Assembly (NCBI GenBank): GCA_965603825.1
Contig: CBFDEM010000028.1
Coordinates: forward strand, 248,001 to 312,000
DNA: 64,000 nucleotides
Origin: Blepharisma stoltei ATCC 30299
Taxonomy: Eukaryota > Protista > Ciliophora
Reading direction: 5' to 3'
Positions 47,669 to 59,938 of the stretch are shown here, in pieces. A program made the position numbers and the translations under genes. Positions within the stretch are counted from its first letter, which is position 1; each line of letters opens with the position of its first letter. The notes beneath the pieces were generated by a model. It had not been told where the DNA came from. It saw nothing but the letters and a program-made list of their open reading frames with translations, and ran no database searches.

Positions 47669-49606
47669 ATGACCGAAGTCCGTCACGAATATACAGTCGG
47701 TGGGGAGAAAAAGGCTTGCAAAGTATGTGCTAAACTTTTTCCACAATGCATGCATTGGGTTTCTCTGTGAATAATTGAAGGAATTAATAGTCGTGATATC
47801 GAATCCCTAGGCAAAAGAGCCCAATTTATCACTGATTTCCCTCCTCATCAAGTTTTCAGCTATATGAAAGATTTAGACCAAGATATAGGAATCGTTGACA
47901 TCCAGAACACAAAATTTAACTCGTTTTTGCTTACAACTAAAGGCCAGATCTATTCATGGGGGATTAATAACGTTTACGCTTGTAATCCTTGCGATTCAAG
48001 GTTACCGTTTTGTCCTCCTGGACCTATTAGAGACTTATCACAAGTCACTATTGTTTCTATTTCATGTGGAGAAGAGCACGTACTCGCATTAGAATCTGGC
48101 ATGTATCTCTGGTCATGAGGAATAAACTCACGTGGGCAGCTTGGAAGAAATGCTGAAGAAGAAGCAGGGCCAGCACCTATACAAAATATAAACCAAATTG
48201 TAAGAATTGCAGCTGGGCCTTATACATCTTATGCTGTACAGTTGAATGGAAATGTGTATGCGTGGGGAGATAATAGAAAAAATGAATTAAGTGAACTTTT
48301 TGATAGGGCAGATGAAAATGAAATTGTAAGCAAGCCTACGGAACTATTGAAAATGCCATGAAAGAGAAATAACTCTACTGTGCAAAGGTCGTATTTTAAG
48401 ACTGAAAACATCAGAGAGCTTGATATAGCAGGAGTGAGCAGAGCTGAAATAAAAAGGCGACAAGCTGAAAACGACGATTTAAAAAGAAGAATTGAGTCTC
48501 TCAGGAAAAAAGTTGACACTTTAGAAGATGAAATGTCAGGAGTTGGCAGCAAGCGTATTTCTTCTAAATGAGATACTGATATTCATCTCAAAGAAATCAG
48601 AATGCTAAGAGATCGTGCTTCCAAAGCCAACAAAAAAGTCTGAACAAGTATCGAGAAGCTAAAAACAATAATCACAAACTCTGAAAAAGAGATAAAATCC
48701 TTACAAAAACAAATAGAAAATCTTGATAAGGAAATCATTGAAACTTGAAATCTCACTAAGGAGCACGAAACACTTATTAATAACAAAAAAGCTGACCTAG
48801 AAGGAGCTCTAGAAACGAATCAAAAGGATATGGCAAATAAATATGAAACAGAATTGGTCAATTTGAGAGTCAAGAGAAAAGAATACCATGCTAATGCTAC
48901 ACATAAAGAAATAGAAAAATCGAGGTGTGGAGAGACTATAAAAAAGTTGGAAATAGAAATAGAGGCTTCAAAAGAAAAAATAGTAAGAAAAGAAGGAAAA
49001 ATTGATAAAAATTTAGAAATTTATAATCAAATGGAAGCAGTGAGAAAAAAAGCAATAGCTGAAGAAACATTCTCACTCAATGAGTCAACATTCCAAAAAG
49101 AAATTGAACAATTAGTTGTCTATGAAGAAGCCTTAAAAAAATCTGACCCGGACTACATTTCCAAAAAAATAGGAAAATATGCCACCCCTCTCGAAATTCT
49201 CAAAGTCTCTGATTATATTTTAAATGTCTTTGATAAAGAAATTAACGAGCTCTTCAAAGCAAAATTTGGCTCAGCTGAACTTGTAAATCGAGCATTAATG
49301 GTAATTGCCGATAATGTCCGTCTTAGAAAACAAGTCAATAACTTTTCAAAATTAATTTCTGGACCCATAAATGAGAAAATCGAAAAACAAAAAATGGCAG
49401 AATTAAAGAAACGAGTCCCTCCTGTGATGTGGAAGCATGTAAAAGATAAAGAAAAGTTCATAAAAGATATTTTTAGAGAAGCAGATTTTAGTGCCAAAAA
49501 GTATGGATTTGACGACCCATTCACTAAGAGGCTGTATCGATATCAAGAAAAGCAAAAAGAAGCTAAGCCTATCGAAAAACGAGAAAAAAGGTGGAGACTT
49601 TGTTAA
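47669..49606 (+). CDS. RCC1-repeat plus coiled-coil protein (645 aa, six TGA=Trp)
   Basis: GQIYSWG, ISCGEEHVLAL, LWS-W(TGA)-GINSRGQLG, IAAGPYTSYA..GNVYAWG; all fragments in one frame. Confidence 0.88.
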
Positions 49607-49643
49607 AATTAATTCTAAACCATGGGCGGGTATAATAATTTAA

Positions 49644-51161
49644 ATGTTATCTTCAGATATAAGTCCTGAATTAAAATGCTCACTGTCGCTATTGAGCATT
49701 TTAGAAGAAATGCTGTTTTCAATGCCTTTGAAGATTCAATTGGTGCAGAAATATGAACGAATGCGAGAAATTGCATTTTCTAAACTTAATTTGCAAAGTG
49801 ACACAACTCACATTTGGAAACTGCAGCAACAGGCCCATAGTAATGCAGAATCAAAAAACAAAGAAAAAACTGAAGAAAAAAATAATGAAAATATATTTAT
49901 TGAGAGACTCAAACAAAGCCACATAATTACGAAAAATTATGCTGCTCTTGTGACGAGATTAGTTCTGCTATTGGAAGCTCACTACTCTAATATAAGTGAT
50001 TTATTAGAAAATTCGAAAGAAAAACGACCCAATTTGATGATTTCAGAGAATGAAATACAAGGGTTTCCTAGGTTCCAGGTAAATGCTGAAATTATAAGCA
50101 AATGTAGTGAAATTGAATTTTCTGAGTCGACTTATTTGGAGAAAATCCAAAAGTTATTTGATGCTGAAGAGGATAATCTAAAGGATGTCAATGAGCAAAT
50201 ATCAAGAATAATTCAAGAAAACAAAACAGCTTCGAAAAGATGCCATGAACAAATTCTTAATGAAATTTCTCAAAAAGAGATGGTATATAAAGAATTAGAT
50301 TTAACAAAAAAGAGAATGCAGGATATTGATACTGAATATAAAATCAAAATTGAAGAATTAAAATTAGCTTGGGAGAGATCAGAAATTGAAACCAAAAACT
50401 CCTATTTTTCAGAAATAAACGAGCTTAAAACCAAACTGAGTATCCAAAATGAAGAAAACTCCAAGCTTACTCAAGAACTTGGAGAAATAAAAAACCGAAT
50501 AAGCCTAGAAACTTCAGAGATTCATAAGCTTTATGAAAATAAATTAGAAGACTTAAATAACTCAATTCTACATCAAACAAGCTTCCACAAGCAAAAAATT
50601 CAAGAGCTTGAGCTGTCTTTTCATGGTCGGGAATCCCAACTACTTAACCAGCTTGATAAGCTCCAAACTGAAGACTCTTCAGTTCTCAGAAACCTCAGAG
50701 AAAACATTGAAAGGCTTCAAGTAAAAGTCCAAGAACTAAGAGACGTCCTAAAAGCTGTATGTGACCGTACAAGCCCCATTTTCGACAAATTCGCAGGCAA
50801 AGAAGATATTGCTGAAGACTTCGCCAGAAGAAAAGAAGAAATTTCTGATTTCGCTGAAAACGATAGTTGGGAGCATTACTCAGAACTTTTGACTGAATTA
50901 GAATTTATAGGTTACGCATTCAGCAAATTATCCACCGACAATGATTGACTTATCGACAGACTTGACGAATGCAGCAAAGAAAACGAAGATTTGCGACAAA
51001 TTCCTCACCATCTTCCTGAAACTCGATCCAGCACTTTTGAAGAAGTCCTAAGCAGCCTATCAGCGAACAAACTTATTCTCCGCGATTTCCAAGAAGCAAG
51101 GTCTAAGCTGATGAACCACTTTACTGATTCCAAAATCCATAATTTATCTGGGATATCTTAA
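49644..51161 (+). CDS. Coiled-coil protein (505 aa, TGA=Trp)
   Basis: ORF continues through TGA 50946 to TAA 51159-51161. Confidence 0.78.
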
Positions 51162-51196
51162 TCATAATTTTTTAATTCATATTAATTTTTATCATA

Positions 51197-51547
51197 ATGA
51201 GCGATGAAATCAGACCTGTAGTAGACCTCTCAAAACTATCCTGGGGCTCCATCAAACGATATGAAGCTCTCTTCGGTTTGCGAGCCAAAAAAGAAGAACT
51301 TGTAGATTGCGTAAAAGACCATTTCGCTTTGGCTTGCTACAACATAATCAAATCACAAAAACAAGATGTAGAGCTATACTCACCTACTACGGATCTAACC
51401 TGTGACCTTGAAACTTTTCAAACAGAATTCAAGACTCCTGATGAGGTCATTGAAAGTTTTTTGAAAATTAAGACTGATGATAAGGAAGAACAAGGGACAA
51501 GAAAAAGTACGAGATTTAGGGAAAGACAGGAAAGAGGAAATAATTAA
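51197..51547 (+). CDS. SAP30 Sin3-binding-domain-like protein
   Basis: VDLSKLSWGSIKRYEALFGL...KEELVDCVKDHF...EVIESFL matches the SAP30 C-terminal pattern. Confidence 0.65.
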   Translation: MSDEIRPVVDLSKLSWGSIKRYEALFGLRAKKEELVDCVKDHFALACYNIIKSQKQDVELYSPTTDLTCDLETFQTEFKTPDEVIESFLKIKTDDKEEQGTRKSTRFRERQERGNN

Positions 51548-51555
51548 TAAGTTAT

Positions 51556-53157
51556 CTAATCTTCTCGATCAGAATCCCACACTTCGTCTAGCACTTCTGA
51601 TGCTTCAGCGTTTTCTTCTTCCATAGCTAATCTTACATATTCTGCGTTTGCAAATCGGTCCCAGTCCGTGAAATCAGGGTTTTCGTTGAGTTCATTTTTT
51701 ATTTGGAAAGGATCGCGCTGCTCATATGCAATAAATTTGTTTAAATTCACTAAGCAATTAAAAAAGACTCCGCTGATACTTTTTTTGGCTATAATTTCGC
51801 TCAAAGTAAACTGATTTTGGGTTTTAGGATTTATCATATCAGCAAGCTGACACAGGACATCTTGAAAAGGTACCGCTTCTTGTTTAAGATATTCTAGCCT
51901 GTGAAGCTGCTCTTCATAAAAATAATCCATTTCATATGCAGTTATAATTCCATTATCATCTAGATCTACAACTTTAAACCAATATTCCAATGACCTGCTA
52001 GTTGATTTATCTTCTTCAGATATCATAAACCATATAAAATCATCATAAGACATTTTTCCAGCTACATTTGATTTGAATTTTCTTGGGACTTCTTCAAATA
52101 TTCTATCAATTGCTTTTCTTGACAGAGTGTGACCTTCATATCTAGAAAAATCTTCTTTATCAATCAAAAAATCATGATCTGTATCCAGCTCCCAAAACCT
52201 GCAATATAGCACATAAAAATGCTCATAAGAGAAAAAGTCTCTGATTTTATTTATATCTTCTTCAGTGTCTAAATTCAGCAACACTGCCATTAATTTGCTT
52301 CTTTTCAGCTCCCTAAATGTGATTTTCCCTTCATCATTTGTATCTAAACTATAAAAAATCCTTTCCACAACGCATTCTGCATATCTTTCTTGAAACTCTG
52401 GGGTAGCTTTCAAAAATTCAAGCCCAGGGTGAGTTTCCATTAAATAAATCATAAGCGGCTTAAAATCATTCCTTATCAAATATCTCCTTCCAGGTTTACA
52501 TAGAACATTAAATAGTCTCTGAACAGGATTTTTCCCTTCGAGTTCAGATTTCCAGTACTTCAAAAACTGGGCTTTTGTCACTATTTCTCTTCCTTCTCCA
52601 GCAATATTAGTGAATAATGTAGGAAGGACTATCTTGGGAAGCCCACAAAACTCTTTGGTAATGGCTTCAAATTCTTGGATTTTTAAGGAATCTCTGATAA
52701 AATACTGATTAATTAATTTTGTGTCTTTTTCTGACTGTGAGGGATCAGATGGCTTCCCTTGAGGGAAATAAAACTGTGGAATTGATGGCTTTATTTGAGG
52801 CTTGACAACTGGGACTGGCTCCTGTACTTTTTTTGGCTTGATTTGTGCAAGTCCATCTGCTGGCAATGATTGAGAATGCGAAGTGGGGGGCCTGTCTGCA
52901 GCGCCTGGGGATAGCGGAGGGGTTAAGGAAGCTCTACCTTTAGGAGATGTCACGCTTGGAGATGATGGCGCTGCTCTATTAGGGAAAAGAGGACTTGGCT
53001 GATTATTTGCGGATGAAGGGTTTTTTGATTCTTCTATTAACTTTTGGATTAGAGAACTAGTTGAAGGAATGCTCAGCCACCTGAAAAAATCTTCTTCTAG
53101 CTTTCGAGAAGCAAGCTCAAAACGAATATTTTCTTTATAATGTGGGAGGACTTCCAT
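51556..53157 (-). CDS. PP2A regulatory subunit B'' (PPP2R3 family, EF-hand)
   Basis: IPQFYFP, HPGLEFLKATPEFQERY, FSYEHFYVLYCRFWELDTDHD, SLEYWF and TDWDRFA. Confidence 0.95.
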   Translation of the reverse strand: MEVLPHYKENIRFELASRKLEEDFFRWLSIPSTSSLIQKLIEESKNPSSANNQPSPLFPNRAAPSSPSVTSPKGRASLTPPLSPGAADRPPTSHSQSLPADGLAQIKPKKVQEPVPVVKPQIKPSIPQFYFPQGKPSDPSQSEKDTKLINQYFIRDSLKIQEFEAITKEFCGLPKIVLPTLFTNIAGEGREIVTKAQFLKYWKSELEGKNPVQRLFNVLCKPGRRYLIRNDFKPLMIYLMETHPGLEFLKATPEFQERYAECVVERIFYSLDTNDEGKITFRELKRSKLMAVLLNLDTEEDINKIRDFFSYEHFYVLYCRFWELDTDHDFLIDKEDFSRYEGHTLSRKAIDRIFEEVPRKFKSNVAGKMSYDDFIWFMISEEDKSTSRSLEYWFKVVDLDDNGIITAYEMDYFYEEQLHRLEYLKQEAVPFQDVLCQLADMINPKTQNQFTLSEIIAKKSISGVFFNCLVNLNKFIAYEQRDPFQIKNELNENPDFTDWDRFANAEYVRLAMEEENAEASEVLDEVWDSDRED

Positions 53158-53565
53158 AATTTAAAGTCGATTTCCTTTATTTATTGCCATTTTAGAAGAA
53201 ACGCGGATTACGAATGAGATTTTTATTCAAAAGAAGTTTGATTTATGAAGGAGTCTTAGAAAGAAGAGATATTGGCAAAGGAGGATTTTATTTTCAAGAT
53301 TTTTGAAAAGCATCTGATGATGATTCTTTAATAATAAAATAATCTTATTAATTTATGATTTTATTTTATAAAGATTTGAATGAAATAGAGGTAACACAAA
53401 GATTTTTATTTTTTGATTTTCTAAATAAATGCTAATTTCAAGTAAAATCTTATTCAGGATTTCAGAACAGAATATACATATTCTATGTTATTTACAATGA
53501 AAATAGTATATATAAAGCGATTTCAAGAATAATTACATTTATTATAATTTATATTGTAATAACAT

Positions 53566-54858
53566 ATGTCTAATACAAAAGGTGAAGAAATAGATCAAGC
53601 TCGTAAATTGCAAAATGAAAATAATAAAGATATTTCGACCAAAGGTAATAGTAAAAACTCTGCTTCACCAACCAAAACTTCTAGCAGCGACCAAAATACT
53701 GAAAACATTAAAAGGTCTATAGATTTCCTTGCAAAATTGTGTTTTCCTCAGAAAACTGGCGAAGAAATCAATTCTTCAGAAACCTCAATAAATCTACTAG
53801 AATCATTAGACGCAGCTCAACTTCTCACTAAAACTGAAGAAATAACTTCCAACAGTCCAGAAATATTTCTACTAGAAAATGATCAAGAGGAAAATCCTAT
53901 AGACGAAGAAAATTATCCAATAACAGAAGAAGCAGAGTACCAAAACTACAATGTCAATGGCTTAACTCAAGAAGATCCATCTGATCAAAAAGAAGAAGAT
54001 GGATTTTATTCTTTTATTTCAATCAGGGATGAAAATTCAATGAGCAATGATGCTCTTGATGTAATAATTTCAAAATCATTAGTTTTCCGTGATGACTCAC
54101 CTGATTCTGCTGTAAAGCAGCAACCAAATAGAGTGAAGCATAACAATCATATCAAAAATAATTTGGTCTCTCCTAAATATGCAAATCGAAAACAAAATCC
54201 TAAAAACACTCAGGCAAAAGAAAAAGAAGAAGAACCTCAAGCAACCAAGAATAAAACTGTAAACGCTGCCGAATCCATGGCAATTGGACAGTCCTTATAT
54301 AATAAAGGCCAGGAATTTTTAACAAACAGAGAAAGCAAGCTTGAAAAAATTTTCTCTGACACCTATTCCTTTAAGCCCACAATCAACACAAAATCAGCCA
54401 AAATCCTTGGTGGAATTCAAAAAGATAAAAATGAGCTTTACAGCGATAAAATCAAAAGACCCAAGCCTGCCCCTGAAGAAGAGCCCAAAGAAAAAAAGAA
54501 GTTAAAACTAAAGGATTTTCTCGACCGAAATTACGCAAAGCCCCTAGAGCATGTCAAAGAAAAAAAAGTTGTTGTACCAAAGAAAGAAGAAATAGACGAA
54601 GAATGCACATTTAACCCTAAAATTGACGGAAAATCAAAAACTATAGGCAGTCATAGGAATCTTTATGAGCTAGCAGCTGAAAAGAAAAATAAATTAGAAC
54701 TGAAAATGCAGGAAGCAAAGATCCAGAAAGAAAAAGAAGAGCTGAAAGAGTGCACATTTCAGCCAATAACATATAAAGATATAGCAAAGCCTTCGCCAAA
54801 GAGCAAGCTGGTAGCTCACTCGTTTTTTGCAGATCCATCTCTGAATACAATTAGTTAA
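53566..54858 (+). CDS. Hypothetical protein with ECTFxP repeats (likely cytoskeletal)
   Basis: YSFKPTIN, ECTFNPKI and ECTFQPIT motifs after an acidic disordered N-terminus. Confidence 0.78.
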   Translation: MSNTKGEEIDQARKLQNENNKDISTKGNSKNSASPTKTSSSDQNTENIKRSIDFLAKLCFPQKTGEEINSSETSINLLESLDAAQLLTKTEEITSNSPEIFLLENDQEENPIDEENYPITEEAEYQNYNVNGLTQEDPSDQKEEDGFYSFISIRDENSMSNDALDVIISKSLVFRDDSPDSAVKQQPNRVKHNNHIKNNLVSPKYANRKQNPKNTQAKEKEEEPQATKNKTVNAAESMAIGQSLYNKGQEFLTNRESKLEKIFSDTYSFKPTINTKSAKILGGIQKDKNELYSDKIKRPKPAPEEEPKEKKKLKLKDFLDRNYAKPLEHVKEKKVVVPKKEEIDEECTFNPKIDGKSKTIGSHRNLYELAAEKKNKLELKMQEAKIQKEKEELKECTFQPITYKDIAKPSPKSKLVAHSFFADPSLNTIS

Positions 54859-54957
54859 GCTTAATTAGTTTTTTCTTATGAATGTTTTTTACTCAGTAGT
54901 TTTTATTAGGCTTTAGCGAAATGATTTTTAATGGTCTGCAGCTATATTAATGATTAT

Positions 54958-55305
54958 TTATCTAAATTGGCTACTAATTGACAAACTAATGCCACAAACA
55001 CCACAAGAAATTTCTTCTTTTGTGTTAGGCTTTGATGGAGATTTAATTGCATTTTTCTTTTTCACCGAACTGGTCTGCAACCCAATTTTATATGCTTTTG
55101 TGCTCCCAGAGTCCCATATATTAACAAACCCATTTGTTTTGAAGCTTCCTTTCACATTTTCTTTATTCCTATAACAAGCAATTAAATAACAGAAAATAGC
55201 CAAAATGATCATAAAAATATTGAGCAAAAGAATAAACATATCATAAATGCTGATTTCTATACCCCACAATCTGTGTGTTAATTCCCATATTTCGGGTCTC
55301 ATCAT
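54958..55305 (-). CDS. Small single-TM protein
   Basis: ATG 55305, hydrophobic segment FILLLNIFMIILAIFCYLIAC; fills the gap between neighbouring genes. Confidence 0.55.
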   Translation of the reverse strand: MMRPEIWELTHRLWGIEISIYDMFILLLNIFMIILAIFCYLIACYRNKENVKGSFKTNGFVNIWDSGSTKAYKIGLQTSSVKKKNAIKSPSKPNTKEEISCGVCGISLSISSQFR

Positions 55306-55345
55306 AATTAGTATTATCAAATTAATAAGTAAATTTCTCACGTAT

Positions 55346-55876
55346 ATGATTACAGTAGACTCTATAACGTATTGTAATGTAGGAGTGCAAGTCACTGATG
55401 GTGACTTTAAGCCTGAAACAGATTACTCGATTGACTTAGAAATAAAAAGACCAACGTTCGATTTATCAGCTATTTTAGTCGAGGATATTGAAGGAGTCGA
55501 AGAGGAAACTACGCAGATTTCAAAATTGCAGCAAATGCTATATCATGCCAGGCATGAACTAGCTGAGCAAGAGAGATTAAATGAGCTGCATCAAATACAA
55601 ATAAAGTTCCTTAAACAAGAAATCCAAGATTTGAATAAGAAATTTAAATTGATCACAAACTTTGAGGGCGAAAACATCTTTTTGAATGCAAATTTATTAA
55701 AGGAAACAGCTATTAAACTGATTTCTGGGCTACCCATGCTAAACTCTGAAGGAGAAGGGTTGATTTCAATATTATTTTCATTGCTAGACTTAAATGACGA
55801 GCAATGGGAAAGTATCAACGTGAATAGAAGAAAAACCAAGCAAAAGGTGGTTCCAGGGTTTTGTTTATTTTCTTAG
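55346..55876 (+). CDS. Coiled-coil protein with a GRIP-like C-terminus
   Basis: First true ATG at 55346; NANLLKETAIKLI...LISILFSLLDLNDEQ. Confidence 0.65.
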   Translation: MITVDSITYCNVGVQVTDGDFKPETDYSIDLEIKRPTFDLSAILVEDIEGVEEETTQISKLQQMLYHARHELAEQERLNELHQIQIKFLKQEIQDLNKKFKLITNFEGENIFLNANLLKETAIKLISGLPMLNSEGEGLISILFSLLDLNDEQWESINVNRRKTKQKVVPGFCLFS

Positions 55877-56021
55877 TGCACATATTAAGACCTAAATCAA
55901 TTAAATTAATTTTCTCACTCATAGTACTTAAAATAATCACATCATTTTCCACCCTTCATTTTGCATCAAGATATTTTTTATTAATTATATTTTTAAGTTG
56001 CCATATAAGATCATATTTAAA

Positions 56022-59000
56022 TTACATAATTAAATTTAAAATTTGTGAGGTTTCATCTATAAGGCTTTCTAAAATCATATCCGCCACATCTAGTTTTGCC
56101 TGAGTTTCTTCATCTTCGTACTCCACCCAGTCACTTTCTTCGTCTTCAACATCATACATAAGCATCGTGCTCATTTTTTCTTCTCTCATCATGACAAGTC
56201 TTTTTTCATCCATATGAATTGGAGGGAAAATTCCTCCTCTCGTATTCACCCACTTATAAAGATGATCTTTTACTTTTTCATACACATTGGTCAGCTGCGA
56301 CTCACCAAATAAAATTCGCTTATGGTTGCTTCAAGGGTCTGGGACACCTTTCATTCCATAGGGCCTGATCAGATTTAAAGCTTCATTGACGCAGTCTCCA
56401 AGCATTTGCAGGTAAATTTGCAAAGAAACGTAGCCTTGGGGATTTAGTTCAAGCGATAATATTGGCTCAATATCTTCTGGGACTATAAGATCAAGTCGTG
56501 GAAACTTAGATAGAGACCCTGGGTCTGCATTATGAATTATGGCGAGTTTTATTAAAGGGTCTGTATAAATAGGAGTATTTATTGTGTCTAATATTTCATC
56601 TTCTCGAGATAATAAATTAAAGAGCATAGATTCAAGGTATTGCTCAATAAATTCAAGATTTGGGTTGACTTCATGGTGGAAGGTGCGATGAGGGATACTT
56701 TGAAGATATAAATCAATTTCAGAGCTAATAACTGTGTTAACAGCAGATTCTATTTCTTTTATAGTGGCCGTCAAGGGTGGAAAACGGTCTTGGATCAAAG
56801 GCTTGGGAATGGGATGGGGAGGGATGGGGTTTATAGGGTGATCGATTGCCAGTGATAATAAATGATGCTTTTCTTGGATTGTTTTGAAGTCTGGAATTTG
56901 GTCAAAAAAGGCTTCTTTTCCTATATGATTATTTTCCAGTCTGTCTGAAATTCTAAGACAAGGCTCAATTTCACCTAAAAGGCTAGGCTCTCTTAAGTCT
57001 GCTAAGCTGACTTTTGTTTTAATTACATTTTCATTGACATATGGATCATGCATAGTTTTCGATTCTTCATAATCTTGGTCTTTGCCATCTACATCAGTTG
57101 GCTGCTCTTCTGTTATATAGATATAACCCTGCTGCGGATCTTCAATAATTTCTACTTCATCAATTATTGGCATAATGCGAGGTAAGTTAGACTGACACTC
57201 ATAGCACTCAAAATAAAGCAAATCTGTGGTATGCTTTTCACCCAAAACCCAACAGTAAAGCTCTTCATAAAGTATCAAAGTGTTAGCATACTCATAATAA
57301 AAATACTCAATAACTGGCTGATTTCTTTCTTCAAAGCTTTCAGTAGAATCAACACTTTTTAAGCCTGAAAAACTATGACTAGGCTCGTTCATATACGAAT
57401 CGTCATAACTGGGAATTTCTTGATCCTCAACTGGCCCACCAATAATTTTTATAAACTCATTTTTGGCTTCATTTGTGCTGGCTAAGTCATCTGGCTTTTG
57501 ATAAGGCGAAGAGTCTTTTGTTTCAGTAAAAACAAATTCTCCAGAAGCATTTTGATTGCTGTCTTGATTAAAAAGAATATCTGATTCTTCTTCATTTGGA
57601 CTATGCTCACATTCTTCTTCCGATTCTTGATTTATTTCATAACTATTGGCTTTTGCTAATGGCATATCAAGTCTGGAATTTAATTTTTTTGATGAATTAG
57701 CTGAGTCTTCTATAAAATCTCTGGCTTCTGCTTTGCTAACTACCTCATCTGCTTTATTTTTTCTATCATTCTCATAGAGCTTAAAAATGTTGGCTTCTCC
57801 ATTTTCCATCACATTTTCATCAAATTCTTTATAAATTTTGATCCCATCTTCTATGTCACTCATTCTATTACTAATGGAATCTCCCGTGTATTTATAATCA
57901 ATTGGTGATGCCTCATCAATGCTTGGGGTTATTAAGCTTGATTCAATGCTACTATTTGACATTGGAAAATCTTCTTGATTCTCAATCTCGCTGAGCAGGT
58001 CTTTTTGCCTTTCTTTAATTTTTTTTCAAATTTCATGCTTATTTTCTTGACTTTCTCCACTTTTTGATTTTTCTTCACTGCTTTGAATATTTGGAGAAAG
58101 CAAATAGAGGACATTTGGGACATCTTTTATAGTCTCAGGGTGGAAAAGATTGCTTAAAATATTTTCAGTAAATTCTGCATCTAGTGAAGAGTTTGATTCT
58201 ACATCGCTTTCATTAGAGTCTTTTTTATAAGGATCAAACCATTTTTGAGAATTTTCATCACTTTCTCCTCCTGAGTCCAATTCATCTGATACTAATAAAG
58301 CCTTTGTCTTTTTTACACGCTCATTAAGCATTTGCAATGTCTTTTTTAAAGATTCTTTGTCCTTTTCTATCGAATCTTGGTCTTTCAAAGGTTTCACGTC
58401 TTTTTCCATTATTTCTGAGTCTGACTTAGACTCTTCTGAATTTACCTCTCATCCTCCATTTTTTATTTCTTCAAATCGTTTCATCAGATTTTCTTTCTGC
58501 AGTTTGAAATCCCTCAGCTTTTCATCAATATCAGAATTCGAAAATGCTTCAGCATCACTAAGCTTTCTATTTAAACTTGGATTTGACAAATTTCGCTTTA
58601 GTTTTTTCGTCTTCTTCGCTTTTTGTGCATCCTCTTTTTGCTTTTTTATTAATTCTTCTAGTGCTTTTTGTCTATCTCTTTCCTGTAAAATTTCTTTAAA
58701 TTTTTCTTGAATCAAGGAATTTCTTTTTTGTTTCTTTTTTAACTTCATTCAGAGCTGGACTTTAGGATCTGGGCTTCGCCTTTTTTCGGTTGGCTTGTCT
58801 AAGTCACTGCTAAGTTTTCTTCGTTTTGTTTTGAATTTGGGGTATAAATCAAGGCCAATTCTTGCTCGGCCCTCTTCAAGCATTTTTTGGTGCTCAGCTC
58901 TTTTTCTTTCTCTGAGTTCAGCATCAAGATTGCTGTTTCTGCTTGCAAAGTCTCTATCTTCGAACTGTCTTTGGTCAACTCCTCAAGCTGCTTTGTGGAG

Positions 59001-59606
59001 TTGGCCAGTTTTTTTAGTAATTTTGGCATTTTTTTCTCTAATAATGTTATTTGTTTCTTTTAGCTTTTCTTTTCTATCTTCTATGCTTTTTTTCTCTTCA
59101 ATTTCTTTTTGTTGAAGCAGGAATTTGTCTTGCTGAGTTTTAATTAAAGTCTGACATATAAGTTTTTTTAGTTTGCTTGGATTAATCACAGTTTTCTTTG
59201 TCTCTGGTTCAGCTTTGATCTGCGGCTTTTTATCCTTTATTTTCTGTGTTTTTATTGTTTTAACTGGCTGAGGAGAAGACTGATTTTTTTTGATTTGCTT
59301 AAAATTCGTAGGACTATTCAGTCTTTTAGAACTGCTTTCTGTGCTTGCAGTGGGCTTTGGAGATGGCTTATTTGAAGTCGCGATTGATCTTTCTCTTGGA
59401 GAAGTGTGGATTGGCGATTTTATTGAATGTTGCTTGATCTCAACTATATTAACAGGTGTTTTATATAGAGATTTTTGGGCACGCAATTTTTGACAGGAGT
59501 TTATTTTCCGTCCTGTGATCTTTGGGGATTGCTGGAGGTTTTGATCTTGGTCTACTACGAACTTCTGTGAATCCAGTAAATAGCAGAGATCTGTTCGGAC
59601 TTTCAT
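56022..59606 (-). CDS. Large protein (~1,190 aa) with a CEP350/DUF4378-like C-terminus
   Basis: Five fragments in one frame joined by TGAs. The C-terminal DVEDEESDWVEYEDEETQAKLDVADMILESLIDET resembles the CEP350/TRM M2 motif. Confidence 0.8.
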
Positions 59607-59938
59607 AGTTATTTTAAGATGGTTAAATTTAGAAGATCTATGAAAGCAGAAAATTAGAATTGATGGCGTTTTTTAATTTAAAAGATATGGAATTATATAA
59701 AGTGGGATATAAATTTATGGCATTTTTAAATTGAAAGAAGATAAGATAAAGATGAATAGAATGGATTAAGCTTAAGCTCATAAATATAACATAGCTATTC
59801 TCAAATAGCCTTTTAGCATAATTCCAGTATGCTTAATGATAAATATTTCAAGGCATGTAATATGCAGCAATTGTGCTTATTTTACTAGTCTTAAATTTGC
59901 ATTTATATTAATTGAAAAACTTGATAAATTTCTAAAAA

